Shown here one piece after another: positions 1-12,167 of a stretch of DNA of 64,000 nt (positions are counted from its first letter, which is position 1; each line of letters begins with the position of its first letter). Both the position numbers and the translations under genes were made by a program. The stretch spans positions 490,048,001-490,112,000 of the forward strand of contig NC_067398.1 in the NCBI RefSeq assembly GCF_016432865.1, written 5' to 3'. The notes under the pieces are model-generated. The model was given only the letters and a program-made list of their open reading frames with translations. It made no database searches and was not told the origin of the DNA. The DNA is from Antechinus flavipes. Lineage: Eukaryota.

Positions 1-480
1 TCATATAGTCCAGTCACCTATCCTCTACATAGGATCTACACAGATATTTCAGAGCTTATAAAAGTGAGTTCCTGCTTAATAAAATATCCTCTTTTGACCA
101 GAAAATGTTGTCATTTAATTTACTAAACAGCTGTGTGAGCATAAGGGTTTTATTCCTTCATTTTCCTCAGTAGGCTGAGGAAGTTGATGGCAATTTTTTA
201 GTAGTCTCAGGTTTTCTTGTTGTACCTGGCAACAACATTCATGGAGAGTATGAAATAAATAAAAAATGGAATAATAAGAACACATTGCTGTTATAAATGG
301 ACTTTTGCAGTTTGCAGCTATTTATAGTGTACCTCATCAATATTGATGATAGCCTTAAGTCACAATGTTGTTTTTAGTGTTCTTCAATTTAAATCCTTCA
401 AAAGAGTTTAGATATTTGTCCTAGTTTACAAAGCATTTCTGGTATTCAAAGAGTTTTCATATTAAGGGATGAAGGGAAAA

Positions 481-660
481 AGAATCCCTAAACTTGAATT
501 CAGAAAGACTCAAGTTCAGCTATGACCTCAGATCCTTATTAGCTATCTGGGCCTGGGTAAGTAACTTGAGTCACTTAACCTATCTTACCTTCATTTTCCT
601 TGTTTATAAAATGCAGATAGTAGTAACACATACCTCATAAGGTTGTTGTAAGGATTTAAG
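481..660 (+). mobile_element. MIR (CORE-SINE) fragment
   Basis: Core 'gtcacttaacctatcttaccttcattttccttgtttataaaatgcagatagtagtaac...acctcataaggttgttgtaaggatt' resembles the MIR core and tail. Confidence 0.75.
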
Positions 661-718
661 AATATATGTGAACATACGTGTGTGGATATATGTTAATATT
701 TACATATATATCTAAATA

Positions 719-846
719 NNNNNNNNNNNNNNNNNNNNNNNNNNNNNNNNNNNNNNNNNNNNNNNNNNNNNNNNNNNNNNNNNNNNNNNNNNNNNNNNNN
801 NNNNNNNNNNNNNNNNNNNNNNNNNNNNNNNNNNNNNNNNNNNNNN
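719..846. other. Assembly gap (N run) next to a TA-rich microsatellite
   Basis: 128 N. Confidence 1.
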
Positions 847-1750
847 GTTAGATGAATGCTAGCTATAACTGAATATACTAATTTAATTAATGATTGGAAT
901 ATTGTTAAAACATCTGACATCTTTTTTCTATTTATGTAAGGGACTTCCTATTCTATATTCTTTAAAGGTGTCATTCCTGCTCTTAAGACTTAGAACCATT
1001 CCTAGCTCTCTATGTTCAGCTTAATTTGTAGAAGAGTCAGAGAGAAAAGCTCAGCAAGTGTTGATGCTTCAACACGTGGTGGCAGCAGTGGGTTTTTAGC
1101 CAACACACTCCCATTTCTTTATTGGCCTGAAGTTACCATGACAGAAATAATTGGTGAGTAAATGGAGCCTAACTCAATCATGTTTGCTAGGGAAAAGGTT
1201 GAAAACCATAATGTGTATTGAGTAGCCACAGTTTTGTGTGACCCATTTCCATCAGAAGGAGAACAAACTAAATCACCACACCAAGTGCTATCAAGAAAGG
1301 TCTGATGCTCCCTGAGAACAGGAGTAATGGTTTCAGAATACTGAATAGGGTGTATGCAGAGAAGAAGGATCACTCCCATAGAGAACACCTATTTAGAAGA
1401 ACTGAATGTGGGCTATTCAGAGAGTATGCAAATACAAATGACCTTCACTAATAATAGGCATTAGAGAGGTAGAGAAGAAGAAATGAGAGCCAGAAAATTC
1501 ATCTTTACAATTTACAGCTTGACAGACAGAGAGTTGCCAATTTCTAATTGATACTTGAGAGGTAACTTGTGATTTTATTGATTGATTTTCTGCAATGCCA
1601 CCTTGGACTTTAGTCTCTATTGTGTTTAGCCAAAGGAAAAAAAAATAATCCTCCCAGAAAATGGCAAATTGTGTATGTGTGTTAATTTTTGAATCATGAA
1701 GCAAAAATAGCACTGAGTTTTGACTTTGGTTTGGTAGACTGGATCAAGAA

Positions 1751-1927
1751 NNNNNNNNNNNNNNNNNNNNNNNNNNNNNNNNNNNNNNNNNNNNNNNNNN
1801 NNNNNNNNNNNNNNNNNNNNNNNNNNNNNNNNNNNNNNNNNNNNNNNNNNNNNNNNNNNNNNNNNNNNNNNNNNNNNNNNNNNNNNNNNNNNNNNNNNNN
1901 NNNNNNNNNNNNNNNNNNNNNNNNNNN
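1751..1927. other. Assembly gap (N run)
   Basis: 177 N, followed by (CT)n/(TA)n/(TG)n. Confidence 1.
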
Positions 1928-2116
1928 GTCTCTTCTCACTCTCACTTCCCTGTCTCTGTCCCTCTCTCTGTTTATCTCTATCTCTCTTTATGTGTGCATG
2001 TGTTTTCTATGTCTCTTCTTTTTCTAGATACACATATGTAATACACACATATACACAGAGTTCTTCATATCTGTATATATACACATATGTATATGTGTGT
2101 GTGTACACTCACACAC
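1928..2116. repeat. Compound (CT)n/(TA)n/(TG)n microsatellite
   Basis: Visible dinucleotide runs. Confidence 0.85.
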
Positions 2117-2118
2117 AT

Positions 2119-2305
2119 GTTTAAATTTAGCCTCACACACTTAATAGCTGTGTTAATCTGGGCAAGTCACTTAACCTCTATTTGCTGTAGTCCAGTGGAG
2201 AAGGGAATGACAAATCACTCCAGTATCTTTGTCAAGAAAGCCCAATGGACAGTATGGTCCACAGGGTCACAAAAAGATTCAAATAAGACTGAACAACTGA
2301 ACAAT
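2119..2305 (+). mobile_element. MAR1-type CORE-SINE with RTE-derived tail (5' truncated)
   Basis: 'ctgggcaagtcacttaacc' core, then 'ggagaagggaatgacaaatcactccagtatctttgtcaagaaa...gggtcacaaaaagattc...gactgaacaac', the RTE/Bov-B-like tail of MAR1. Confidence 0.85.
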
Positions 2306-3215
2306 AGGGGTTTTAATTAGTTGTGCTTATTATAAGATCTGTAGAGTTATTTTAGCAATATATTCCTTTGTTTGTTACTTGGTGTGTTTTTTTTTTTAAA
2401 GAAGACAGGTACTGCTTTTGACCACAAGTAAAATGGTAGAGTCTTAAATGTGATCTTCTACATGACTTGAATTGTAGACATAACACCATTAATTCACTGA
2501 ATAAGTGTTTGAATATCTACTGTGTCCAATACTGCTATTTTCTTGGGAAACCAGGCAGAGCGACTAATCAGATGTTTTGTTTCTTTTGTACAGGATTCTT
2601 GGACATTTTTTCTTTCCCCCTACTCCTTTAGGAATAAAAAGTTTTAGATTTTAATAGCAACACACCAAGGAGACAACTTTACCAATGCAGTTAGATTACA
2701 ACTCTAGCTTTTTTGGGGAAAAAATATCTTAGCTCCTACCAAATGACAGAGAAGCCCTGGTCAGCATCTCCTTGATCCAGTGTATTATTAGAAGTTATAG
2801 CCCTAATATTGCAACTTCCTACTCTTGGCTGGAGTATTGGTTGCATTCCTAGAGGGAATCATGTTCTTGACTTGACATTTGATTAGGGCAACGTGGACAG
2901 AAAAAATCTTCCAGGGAGATATTTTGGGTGTTCTTTAGCCCTCAGATCAAGTACTGGGTCACACAGTTGTGGCACAAGCTACAAGTCAGCAATTGGAAAG
3001 CCAAAGTGGACAAGACTTATGACTTCTCAAGTATTAGTTGATCCATCTGCTATCTTTTGTATTGTTCACCTCCGTAGTTATGTCTCAGTAACAAAAACAT
3101 GCTGCATTAATGCTCCTTTAAACTAATAAATTTGCAAAAGTAGCACTGAGCTTATCCTTGAGACCTCAACCAAATTATTTTTGTATTTTTGTAGTTTTAC
3201 AGTTGATGCTACTTA

Positions 3216-3360
3216 GAAAGAAGGATTGAAGAAGGAAAAAAGGAAGGAAGGAAGGAAAGATGGAGGGAAGGAAGAAGGGAGGGAAAGGAAGGGAAGGTGG
3301 GATGGTGGTAGTGAGGAAGGTATATAGAAAGAGAAAGAGAAAGAAAAAGAAAGAAAAAAA
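3216..3360. repeat. (GGAA)n/(GAAA)n polypurine tract
   Basis: Visible repeat; source of the spurious ORFs 3175-3363 and 3213-3428. Confidence 0.9.
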
Positions 3361-3607
3361 CATTCACATGGAGAAAGCAAATCAGCAGTGGCTTTTGAAG
3401 GGTGTTTCCTTTGTTCAGGATGTGTCATAGAAGAAACAGGTCTGTCATTCTTGTTGAAGGATAAGTAAGTCTCATCCTGTTTTACTATTCTCTGACTTTC
3501 TTGTCAATAGATTAATGTTGTTCTCAGGCAGTTTAAAGGATTTTGTTGTTGTTCATGCTGTTCTTCCTCCTCTCAATTATGCTTTGAGCTATTGGAACAT
3601 AAAGTCC

Positions 3608-3860
3608 AGTTCAATTCAATTTAATTCATCTAGCTTTCATTCAGGCCAACATTCTCTTTGCTTGACATTCCTTGCCTTCAGAGAGTTTATATTCTGTGGA
3701 GGAGATACTACACATACACAGATAATATCAAATATATACAAAGAAAATTCATGGTAATTTTGGTGGGGGAACACTGAAAGTTCAAAGAACTCGGAAAAGT
3801 TTCTTATAGGAGGTGTTGCTCATCCTTTCAGAAGAGAGAAGGTGAGGAGGGAGAGGATGA
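3608..3860 (-). mobile_element. L2 3' end fragment
   Basis: 'ttcaattcaatt...ccttgccttcagagagtttatattctgtggaggaga...gtttcttataggaggtg' resembles the antisense L2 3' end. Confidence 0.6.
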
Positions 3861-4019
3861 GGGATCATGAACTGGAGAAAAAACACATATGTCTATCATT
3901 GGGATGAACTGTCTCTATTAATTATTATTTCCACATTATATTACTATTTTTAAAAGTAAAAAATACATCATAATGCCTACCTTTCTGTGGCATAAAAAAT
4001 GCAGCTATAACTGTTCTAC

Positions 4020-4560
4020 CTGCATTATTTATAACCCCCAATGGGGTGGATGAATGGAATAATACCTAATAAGCAGGACTAAGGCATTCCCGTGGGAAGC
4101 CATGCCATTTTACAAGAGATCACTCCCTTTTTTTTTTTTTTTCAAACACAGTAATTGCTGTGGCTTTTAGATATCGTGAAGGCTTTTTTTTTTCCTCACA
4201 CACCTCAACTTGGGGATAAATATCATTATGGATGATCATTTAATCTCATGTTTTATTAAAACACTTAATGCAAAGCCATGTTATAGCTGAAGGTGAGGCT
4301 CAGAGGCTGGCCTAAGAAGCTCTCCTCCAGAATGCAGTAATGAGTGAATTAGCACATTAATCTCTGTACAAAGGCCCGTTAGAGATTTGTCTGCCTCCTG
4401 TGGTTTCTCTTTTCCGTGAAATGTGGAGCGAGTAGAGCTTCAAACAAAATCCTCCCTTGTTCAACATTTCACATTTTCAGGTACGTTTCTGTCAAGACAA
4501 GGCTGCTATGGTGACATGTGGAGTGGCATTTCCCTTCAACTTTGTTCTCCGTCATGTCAG
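4020..4560. promoter_or_regulatory. Candidate conserved non-coding element
   Basis: Repeat-free, about 7 CpGs (by eye) in ~460 bp against a strongly CpG-depleted background, several TAAT cores; conservation itself not testable here. Confidence 0.35.
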
Positions 4561-6959
4561 TTAGGAGAGCAGTGACTTGATATGGTACATGCTGAGTTGT
4601 CACCAGGCCAACAAACACATCTTAGAGGCATCCAGGCCACCTGTGTTATACAAAGTGACATTCCCCCAGATAATGAGTCTGTTCTCTGCCTGATATTAGC
4701 TTCGTTTCACCTACAGGGCAGATCAGAAGAAGAATTCTTGGTAGTGTCTATCCCTGAGTGGCGAGAATCCAGCCCAGAGATGGTACCTAGCCTGCCCAGT
4801 GCACTTAAGAATTCCCAAGAGGGCACAAGATCACAGGTCAAGATAATATTCTTTTGGTCAATTGTCTGCCTGGACCGTGAGTCATCATACCCTGTTTTCT
4901 GCTATTCTGGGAACTGTCCAAACACAGCAGAGAAGTGGGGGGGGGGGGTTGCTTCTGAACCAGAGGATACAAATGATATTCACCTGTGCATCTTCAGTGT
5001 TTTCCTTGCCTTGACAGATGTTTCAAGTTGACAGATGTTTTTCAGCACAGGGATTAATCTTATCAAATCCACACTAAACCATGGTTAGTGTCAGAAATAT
5101 ATGAAGCTTGAAATGAGACACTTTTTTTTTCCAAGCATACAGAAGGAATTTACCATTTACCACCATTCTCTGAGTTTTTTTTTAATGCTTTGGAGCTGAG
5201 AGAGCCCTAAATGTCTCTCTGGTTAACTTGGTTCCTTTCTCCTTGGTAACAAAAAACATTAGGTCTTATAGCAGCTAAAGCCAAATGCATCCTGCAGTGC
5301 AGACCACTCACCAAATGGTTGCTTGCTACTGTTAGAATTATCACCAGGGAGTTCAAGGACTAGGGAGTCATTTAAAATGGCCTTGGAAAATACGTTAAAA
5401 GTATCGCCTCAAACCATTTTCCCTGGTGCTCTTTCTTTGTCTCAGTGCTTAGACAGATGATACAAGATAAAATGCACCCTGTATATTTATAGCACGTCCA
5501 GAAAATGCCACTGTGCTTATGACCCTGACATTGTTTTCATTAAAGAGCGATACTTTGGGGGGATATAAAAATCAACTCTTAAACTCTGTTCTACGTGGGA
5601 AATCCAAATGATGAAAGCTTTTAAGAAATGCTGAAGGATTTTTGTGAAGGTCTACAATAGCTGTTGGTAAACTGCTTGGTATAGAGACATATTATTGGTG
5701 AAACAGAAAGCATCCTCTGGCCACCTAGTCTCCCAACTGGAATCCTGGCTTCCCTCAGGACTTGAGAATTCTTGTGTGTGGAAGGAATGTCAGCTAATCA
5801 TGTCAGCACCTCACTAATGTTGGTCATTAAATCTGAGGGAAGCATCAAAGATTTTTTTTTTTTTAAGTGGCCTTTTAACTTGTAATCCTGGCTCTTCTGC
5901 TATTCCCATATATCTGCTCCCTGTCTTTATCCGATAGCCCGGGTTGCTAGAGAGACACTATTTTTTCTCTCTCTAAGATCCATCACACATGAAAGACCAT
6001 AGCTCTTATACTACTGTAATAACATTCTGATGATGCTTTTCCCAAGTTTTATTCAAGGATGATCATGACACCAACTCTCAGGCCTAGCAGGACACATCTT
6101 TGATACATCTCAATCTTTGGCTCTCCCCAGTTTTCTTATTCCTTAATCCCCCCAACTCTATTGAATAAACTATAATGAAAATCTAGATTAATTGTTTTTT
6201 CTCCCCAATAATCTCAAGACTGTCTAGGAAATCATTTTTCTGAGATTTTGTGAACACAATACAACTCCTGGTTATCAACCATTTTAGGTAAGAAGTTAGA
6301 TGACAAGATCAATTCGCTGAATACTAATTTAGACTGTGAGGATGATAGAATTTCCTGTTGTGATTTATCTTTTAGCAGGGACTATTTCCCCCTCATAATT
6401 TTTTTTCACAGGATGGGGATAATGGGAAGATTATATGGCACGTTTTAAGCCATGGGTAAATTGAAGATTAGGATGATAATAGAGTTGAACACTCAGTATC
6501 CTGTGAAATGAGCTTAACCCTTATTTTCTGGGACACATAATCCAGCACTTGATTATATAAGACAATCTATTTCTTTTAAGCTGATTCCTCAAAAATACTG
6601 AAAACCCCTTGAGGGCAGGGAATATTATGCTTCTAGTACATTGGACCAGTACTCTCAAGGAGCACTGGGCACATGGTGAGTGGAAAGTTAGTGCTCAAGA
6701 ATTGGATAGACTCTGCCTCCAGAGCCTCTCCTTAGACAACTTTTGGGAAATAGAACAGGAATCAAAGCTGTTGCTAGGAATCCTGGCCCTGGATCCTGTT
6801 CACTCAGAACCTAGGGAGAAAGTCTAACCCTAAATTCCTGTGTTGTTGAGAAGGCTGAGGGAGGAACTGGGAAAATATGTTCCAAGGGTTCAAGAATTGG
6901 GGAAATGAAAAGACTTTGAAACAGATATTGGGTAGGAGAGTTACTTCAAGGTCCTTGAT

Positions 6960-6971
6960 AATGACGTCATT
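6960..6971. promoter_or_regulatory. Perfect palindromic CRE motif AATGACGTCATT
   Basis: Exact TGACGTCA in a 12-bp palindrome; function unknown. Confidence 0.35.
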
Positions 6972-7717
6972 TGGGACCATCTAGGGATTGGATTGAGTTT
7001 ACTAAGGTGGTGGTAGTGTGGAAGATGGCCAACACATACCCTTTTTACTGAATTTCAACTGGTTCTGTGTTGTTGTCAAGCATCCTGTATTGGTTCCCCA
7101 AGCAAGGGAAGGCTTCAAAGGTCTTCTCTGCTCCCAGGGAGTGTGACCTTGGGAAAGGAGCATGATGGCCATTGTGTTTTGAAGATAACCCTGGGGCATA
7201 CTGATAATCAATATTTCATGGAGTGTGTGTGTGGGGGGGTGTGTGTATCTGTGTGTCTGTGAATGCAGGACCAGTGCTCATTCCTTCTAAATAGAGAGGC
7301 CTCCAAAAAGAACACCTGTGCTTTGGGCATGTAGAAGTCAGGAGTTGTCTTACCTGAACTGTTGGCAAGAAACTTGGCTAGGGAAAGGGCCCACAATACT
7401 AGGGATGTAGGGCCATCCACAATGTGCTATAAAGGATATTTCTTAACAAACAAGCTCTTAATAAGGAAGGTGCCCTCTATTATCGAAATTGGAGAGATAA
7501 TTATAAATCACAAAAGCAGAAAGGGGCCTGCTGTACTTTCGTATAAAATTACTCTAGTACTTTGTTTATGGGTGTTCCGAGGTACATATGAATATCTCAA
7601 AACAAAAAGTATTTAGTGTCATGTTTTCAGCTTGGTCAATCGATAATTTTAAAGGTTTCGTTAAATTTGAATTTCCTTAGTTTGAAGGAGAAAAGTGTCC
7701 TTTATGATTTGAATGGG

Positions 7718-7926
7718 AGAGATGACATGGTTCAGTGGAATGAGTTGGTTTTGAAGTTGAAGACCCTGGGTGTCAAACGTGCTTCTGGCATCTCTTCTCT
7801 GTGTAATCTTAGACAAGTTATTTGAGGCCTAAATCTGGCCTCAGTTTTTTCCTCTATAAAATGGGGTAAAGAGTTGGAAGAAATGATTTCAGTGGTTTCT
7901 TTCAGCTCTAGATTATGTTCCTCTGA
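7718..7926 (+). mobile_element. MIR/MIR3 SINE
   Basis: 'tggttcagtggaatgag...ctgtgtaatcttagacaagttattt...cctcagttttttcctctataaaatgggg...cagctctagattatg'. Confidence 0.75.
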
Positions 7927-8786
7927 GTATTGAGTAAACATGAAGAAATCAATTTAAAAATCTTAAGTGTGTACCATAATGAAATGTGATACTCATTTCC
8001 TCTGAGTATTCACTTTATTTAAACAGAAGATGGAATGTAGTTGCTATTACTTTACATAATTCTGATTCTACTATCTGAAGCACTACCAATACACAAGGGG
8101 AGATAGAGATGGGAGCTCGACCAGAGATTCTTACATCTTTTTAAACTGCATATACAGTAGCATGTTCTTCCAGAGTATCATCCCATGTGGGAAGGCAGTC
8201 AGGAGAGTGGACGGTGCCTTTTCCTCATGTTATCTTCCGTTTCTGTGGCCAAGTATATGCAATGCTACACAGCACAAGCTGCAGCTACCCCCTCATTAGG
8301 AACAATGATGATTTTATGCCTTCAATTTTAGCTCAGGTTAGGTGAGTCCCTTTTAAAATCAATTGATGCTGTTCCACTGATAATTTGAGTCCAATGTAGG
8401 CTAGAAGCAGGACGTCCCTGCCTTTGTGTCTCTCAAAGCTGTAATTCAAGAGAAGACTTCTTCACATGCTAAAGAAGAGAAAAGATGGGGAGAAACTGGT
8501 AAGCTGCAAGTGGCAAAGGACTTGGTCCTTTGGTAATCTGATACTTAGCTGGAGTTAGGATTTTTTTACTGGGAACACATTTCCCCCCAATCTCAATTGC
8601 CACCCATCAAGCCTATGTTTTTCTTTTGTGACATGTCTATATTTTTACAGAAATACTGTGTAAAGGACTCAACTAGTGATTCTTATTCTTTTAGTAACTC
8701 AGAAATCAGTGTTGTTAAGACTTACTACTCTGATGTCTGACTATGGTCTCTTATTCTGGCTACATGATCCCATTTTGAATCATAAA

Positions 8787-9110
8787 TGTATGTATATATG
8801 CATGTATCTATATTCATCTATTTTAAAGTTATACATATATCTCTCTCCATATACATATCATCCTATATACATATACATATATATGTATATGTATGTATGT
8901 GTGTGTGTATGTGTGTATATATATATATATATGCATATGTATGTATATATATATTTGGAGGTTTTATACATACAAAAAAATGTGTATGTGTATTGTGTGT
9001 GGAACAAAAAGAAAGGGATAAAGGAATGGAGGATGAGAGGGACAGAGACAAAGACAGAGAAAGAGAGAGAGAGAGAGGGAGAGGAGAAAGACAGAGAGTA
9101 TGAGAGAGAA
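8787..9110. repeat. (TA)n/(TG)n and (GA)n microsatellite cluster
   Basis: Visible runs; explains ORFs 8676-9119, 8786-9103, 8863-9051 and 8964-9161. Confidence 0.9.
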
Positions 9111-9524
9111 AGTCCTTGATAATGTTTTTGTCATTTTTTTCATAACTGCTATAGCTCTCAACCTGCTGAAATCTCCTATTTCACTAAAAAATCTAAACTA
9201 CATGACAACAGCTATCCCATTTACCCCACTGTGCACATTTATGTTCCTTTGGGCACTTTAGTTCTTAGGAGATCAAGGTATTCTATGATTTGTAGCCATA
9301 TATATTCACAGGAGAATATAGGTGTTAAAAGAAATTATAGGTGTTAAAGAAATGGGCTTTTATATCAATGAACAGTTGAGGATCTTTGGATTTTCCAATT
9401 TTCCAAACACATCTAGCCTATGCTCTTCCTCCTATTCAACTCTTGACTCATCTCATTTACCATCTTCATTTCCTAAAAAAAGATCTGAGAGGTTTAATGT
9501 TCTAAGTCAGTTGTGCAAATGTAT

Positions 9525-9695
9525 TATTTAAAACAGGGTCTGCATTAATAGAGGCCTGGTGCTCAGGAGATAGTCTTGTCATATTCTTCTTTAATTAGAC
9601 TGAATCTGGATGATTGTGTTCAGTTTACAGGTGAGCTTAGGAAGGACATTGATATTCTAGGTAGCATTTCAAAAAGAACATTTATGATGGCAAAG
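9525..9695 (+). mobile_element. L3/CR1 LINE fragment (RT 3' region)
   Basis: 'tgattgtgttcagtttacaggtgagcttaggaaggacattgatattctag' resembles CR1 'tactgtgttcagttctgg...aagaaggacattgacaaactgg'. Confidence 0.65.
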
Positions 9696-9714
9696 GATTG
9701 TGAATTATTCTATA

Positions 9715-9830
9715 TCAATCAATCAGAAAATATATATATTTGATAAGTGCATACTATGCTCCAGGCCCAATGATAGAAATTGGGGATATAAAAACAAAAG
9801 TGAGATTGTCCTTGACCTTTTAAGTTTCAA
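9715..9830 (-). mobile_element. L2 3' end
   Basis: 'tcaatcaatcag...tttgataagtgcatactatgctccaggc...ggggatataaaaacaaaagtgagattgtccttg'. Confidence 0.7.
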
Positions 9831-9839
9831 TGATGTCTT

Positions 9840-9975
9840 TTCTCTCTATTTCTCTTTTTCCCTCTTTCCTCCTCCCTCCTTCCCTCCTCCCTCCTTCCCT
9901 TCTTCCCTCCCTCCCTTTCTTCAATCCTTCCTCCCTCCCTCCCTCCCTTCTTTCCGTCCTTCCTTTTTTCCTTTT
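9840..9975. repeat. (CCTT)n/(CCCT)n polypyrimidine tract
   Basis: Visible repeat. Confidence 0.9.
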
Positions 9976-10119
9976 GTGTAGATTTACATAGATCATCCTA
10001 TATTTTATTTACTGGCCTTACTATTGCCAGGATAGATTACAACTTTTGCTCTGCTAAGAAATATATTCATTCAGTGATCTAGAGTTGGAAAATAACTCAG
10101 GCTATATGGGCTGATAAGA

Positions 10120-10232
10120 AACTGATAAGAAAACTAAGGGCCAGAGGTAATGAATGACTTATCTAAGCTCTAAGTTTGTTTAGAAACATCAGAGTAGAAT
10201 TTGAATCCAAGTCCAGGGACTGATATATTTCC
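10120..10232 (-). mobile_element. MIR fragment
   Basis: 'gaaaactaagggccagaggtaatgaatgacttatctaag...agagtagaatttgaatccaagtc'. Confidence 0.6.
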
Positions 10233-10424
10233 TTGGCCTACCCTTAGTTATCTGTCCCTTCTGACTGGAGGGCTAGAAGGCAGAGCACTAAACCCCCAGA
10301 GTCTGTCTTTACAGAGGGCTCTCAGCCAACCTAGTAATACCATTTTCCATTGGCTCCTCTGCACTGCCATAGAACAATATTCCCCTCTGGGTCATCCCTT
10401 TCATCATCCTTTTATGTGTAGTTT

Positions 10425-10548
10425 TTCTCCATTGCTTGTAAGCTCCTTGAAAGCAGGAACTGCTTCTTTTTCTTAGGCATAAAGCCTAGAGGTGTGCACA
10501 GAGCCTGGAACAAAGTAAATGTTAATAAATATCTATTACATTGACCTG
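10425..10548 (+). mobile_element. L2 3' end
   Basis: 'tgtaagctccttgaaagcaggaactg...gcacagagcctggaacaaagtaaatgttaataaatatctatt'. Confidence 0.75.
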
Positions 10549-11189
10549 AAATGACTATAGCAACCTTTTCTTTTCCTTATACTTTCACTACCTCTACAAC
10601 AAAACTCTTAAGTGAGAAGAAATCAATCATTCTTCATTGCATCTCATAGCTGAGACCAAAGAATGATCTAGGTGTGAAAAAAACAGAAACAGAAATAAAA
10701 TGGGCTTCCAACTCTGCCATTAGTTAACTGTGTCCCTCTGTACAAGTATCTCCCTGGGGTAAGGGTTCCTCAGCTTTAAAATATGGCAATTAGACTCAAT
10801 CTTTCACATACCCACCAGCTCTAAAATTCTCTGCTTTTATGATTCTTTAATCCTTCATGATTGAGAAATGATATTGTACCAAATATGTATAGAGAGAAAA
10901 CACTGATTTTGTAGGCATGCTTTTCTGAATAAGATTCACTTAATTCAATTAGGGAAGGAAAACATCACAGACTTGTGTTTGCATTTCTCACATAACATGT
11001 TACAATTACTTTGTGACATTTGTAAGTTTATTTTCTCTCTTTAGGAGAAAAAGATGTGAAACAAAAATTGTTACCTACTCTAAAATATTATTTGCTTCTA
11101 TTTTCTATTTGGAGTTCTTTTTGTTGTGTTGTTTTCATTCTAATGATTTCTTTGAGTAAAATAAATTGTATTTGGTGACAATTTCTTTT

Positions 11190-11421
11190 CTTAATTAATT
11201 AATTTATTTTTAATGTAAATTTCTTTATGAATCACGTTGGGAGAGAAAAATCAGAACAAAAGTGAAAAACCATGGGAGAGGAAAAAAAAAACAGAAAAAA
11301 GAAATGAACATAGCATATGTTGATTTACATCCAATCTCCATAATTCTTTTTCTGGATGCAGAGGGCATTTTCTATCCAAAGTCTAGTGGGATTTCCTTGG
11401 ATCACTGAACAACTGAGAAGA
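11190..11421 (-). mobile_element. L1 3' UTR fragment (marsupial subfamily)
   Basis: Reverse complement aligns by eye with the L1 3' UTR at 55270-55495 ('cagtgatccaagg..atccc...agaaaaagaattatggagattg'). Confidence 0.8.
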
Positions 11422-11624
11422 TTGCTAACAATTCCTGTCTCACAGCTTTGTACATATACTATATCATGAACACTGCTAGTCTAATCAGTTGAATAAATAC
11501 AAAATTAATTTGTAAATTTGATTATCATATAACTTCACTTTTATCTTAAAGCTATCCTAGATGAACTGAATATCTTGTGCTTCTTTTCCACTCACTTTAG
11601 CCTTTTGGCTAACCCTTTTGGATT

Positions 11625-11792
11625 GGGGTGTTGAATCTAGATTCATTAAGACCTGGGTTCAAATTCTGATTCAAGTTTGGACTAGTCATATGACTCTGGA
11701 CAAGTCATTTAAACTTTAGGGGCTCAGTTTCTTCATCTTTAAAATAAAGTGGTTAAACTTTTAAGGCCCCTACAGCTCTAAGTCGAAATGAT
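11625..11792 (+). mobile_element. MIR3 SINE
   Basis: 'agacctgggttcaaattctg...ggacaagtcatttaaac...ctcagtttcttcatctttaaaat...aaggcccctacagctctaag'. Confidence 0.8.
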
Positions 11793-11879
11793 CACTAACC
11801 AAAGGAACTGAAGACATATATCATGACCTTATATGTTGATCTCCCTTATCTCAATTAGGTCATTTCTTTATTTTTACTT

Positions 11880-12112
11880 CCCATATCTTAGGAAAAAGTG
11901 GCCCTTTCTTGCCCTCTAAAACCAATCATGACTTTGATTATATGAACTCTGACATTTCTCCATCTCTGAGGGACTTCAGTGCTATACCTGATCTTCCATC
12001 TCTAGCATCTTGTATATCTCCCTCTTCATGTGCTTCTTTCATTTCATCTGCAAATAACAGATTTTGTCCATCCCATCTTTTTTGTTTCCCAGTACTCAAC
12101 ACATTCTCTCTA
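11880..12112 (+). mobile_element. L2 internal fragment
   Basis: Pyrimidine-rich L2 ORF2-like sequence. Confidence 0.5.
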
Positions 12113-12167
12113 ATGGGGAATTATTAAATGAAGAGTTGGGAGAAGTTTCTTGTAGAAAATAAGACTT

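Noticed and set aside
4582-5031. 149-aa ORF, the longest non-transposon ORF
   Set aside because: No recognisable domain, includes a G-homopolymer, and this length is expected by chance in a relatively GC-rich patch.
8173-8341. Possible exon ending at the strong donor TAG|gtgagt
   Set aside because: Weak acceptor, the one open frame gives no recognisable peptide, and there is no supporting partner exon.
8676-9161. Overlapping ORFs rich in Y/I/C/V/E/R
   Set aside because: Translations of (TA)n, (TG)n and (GA)n microsatellites.
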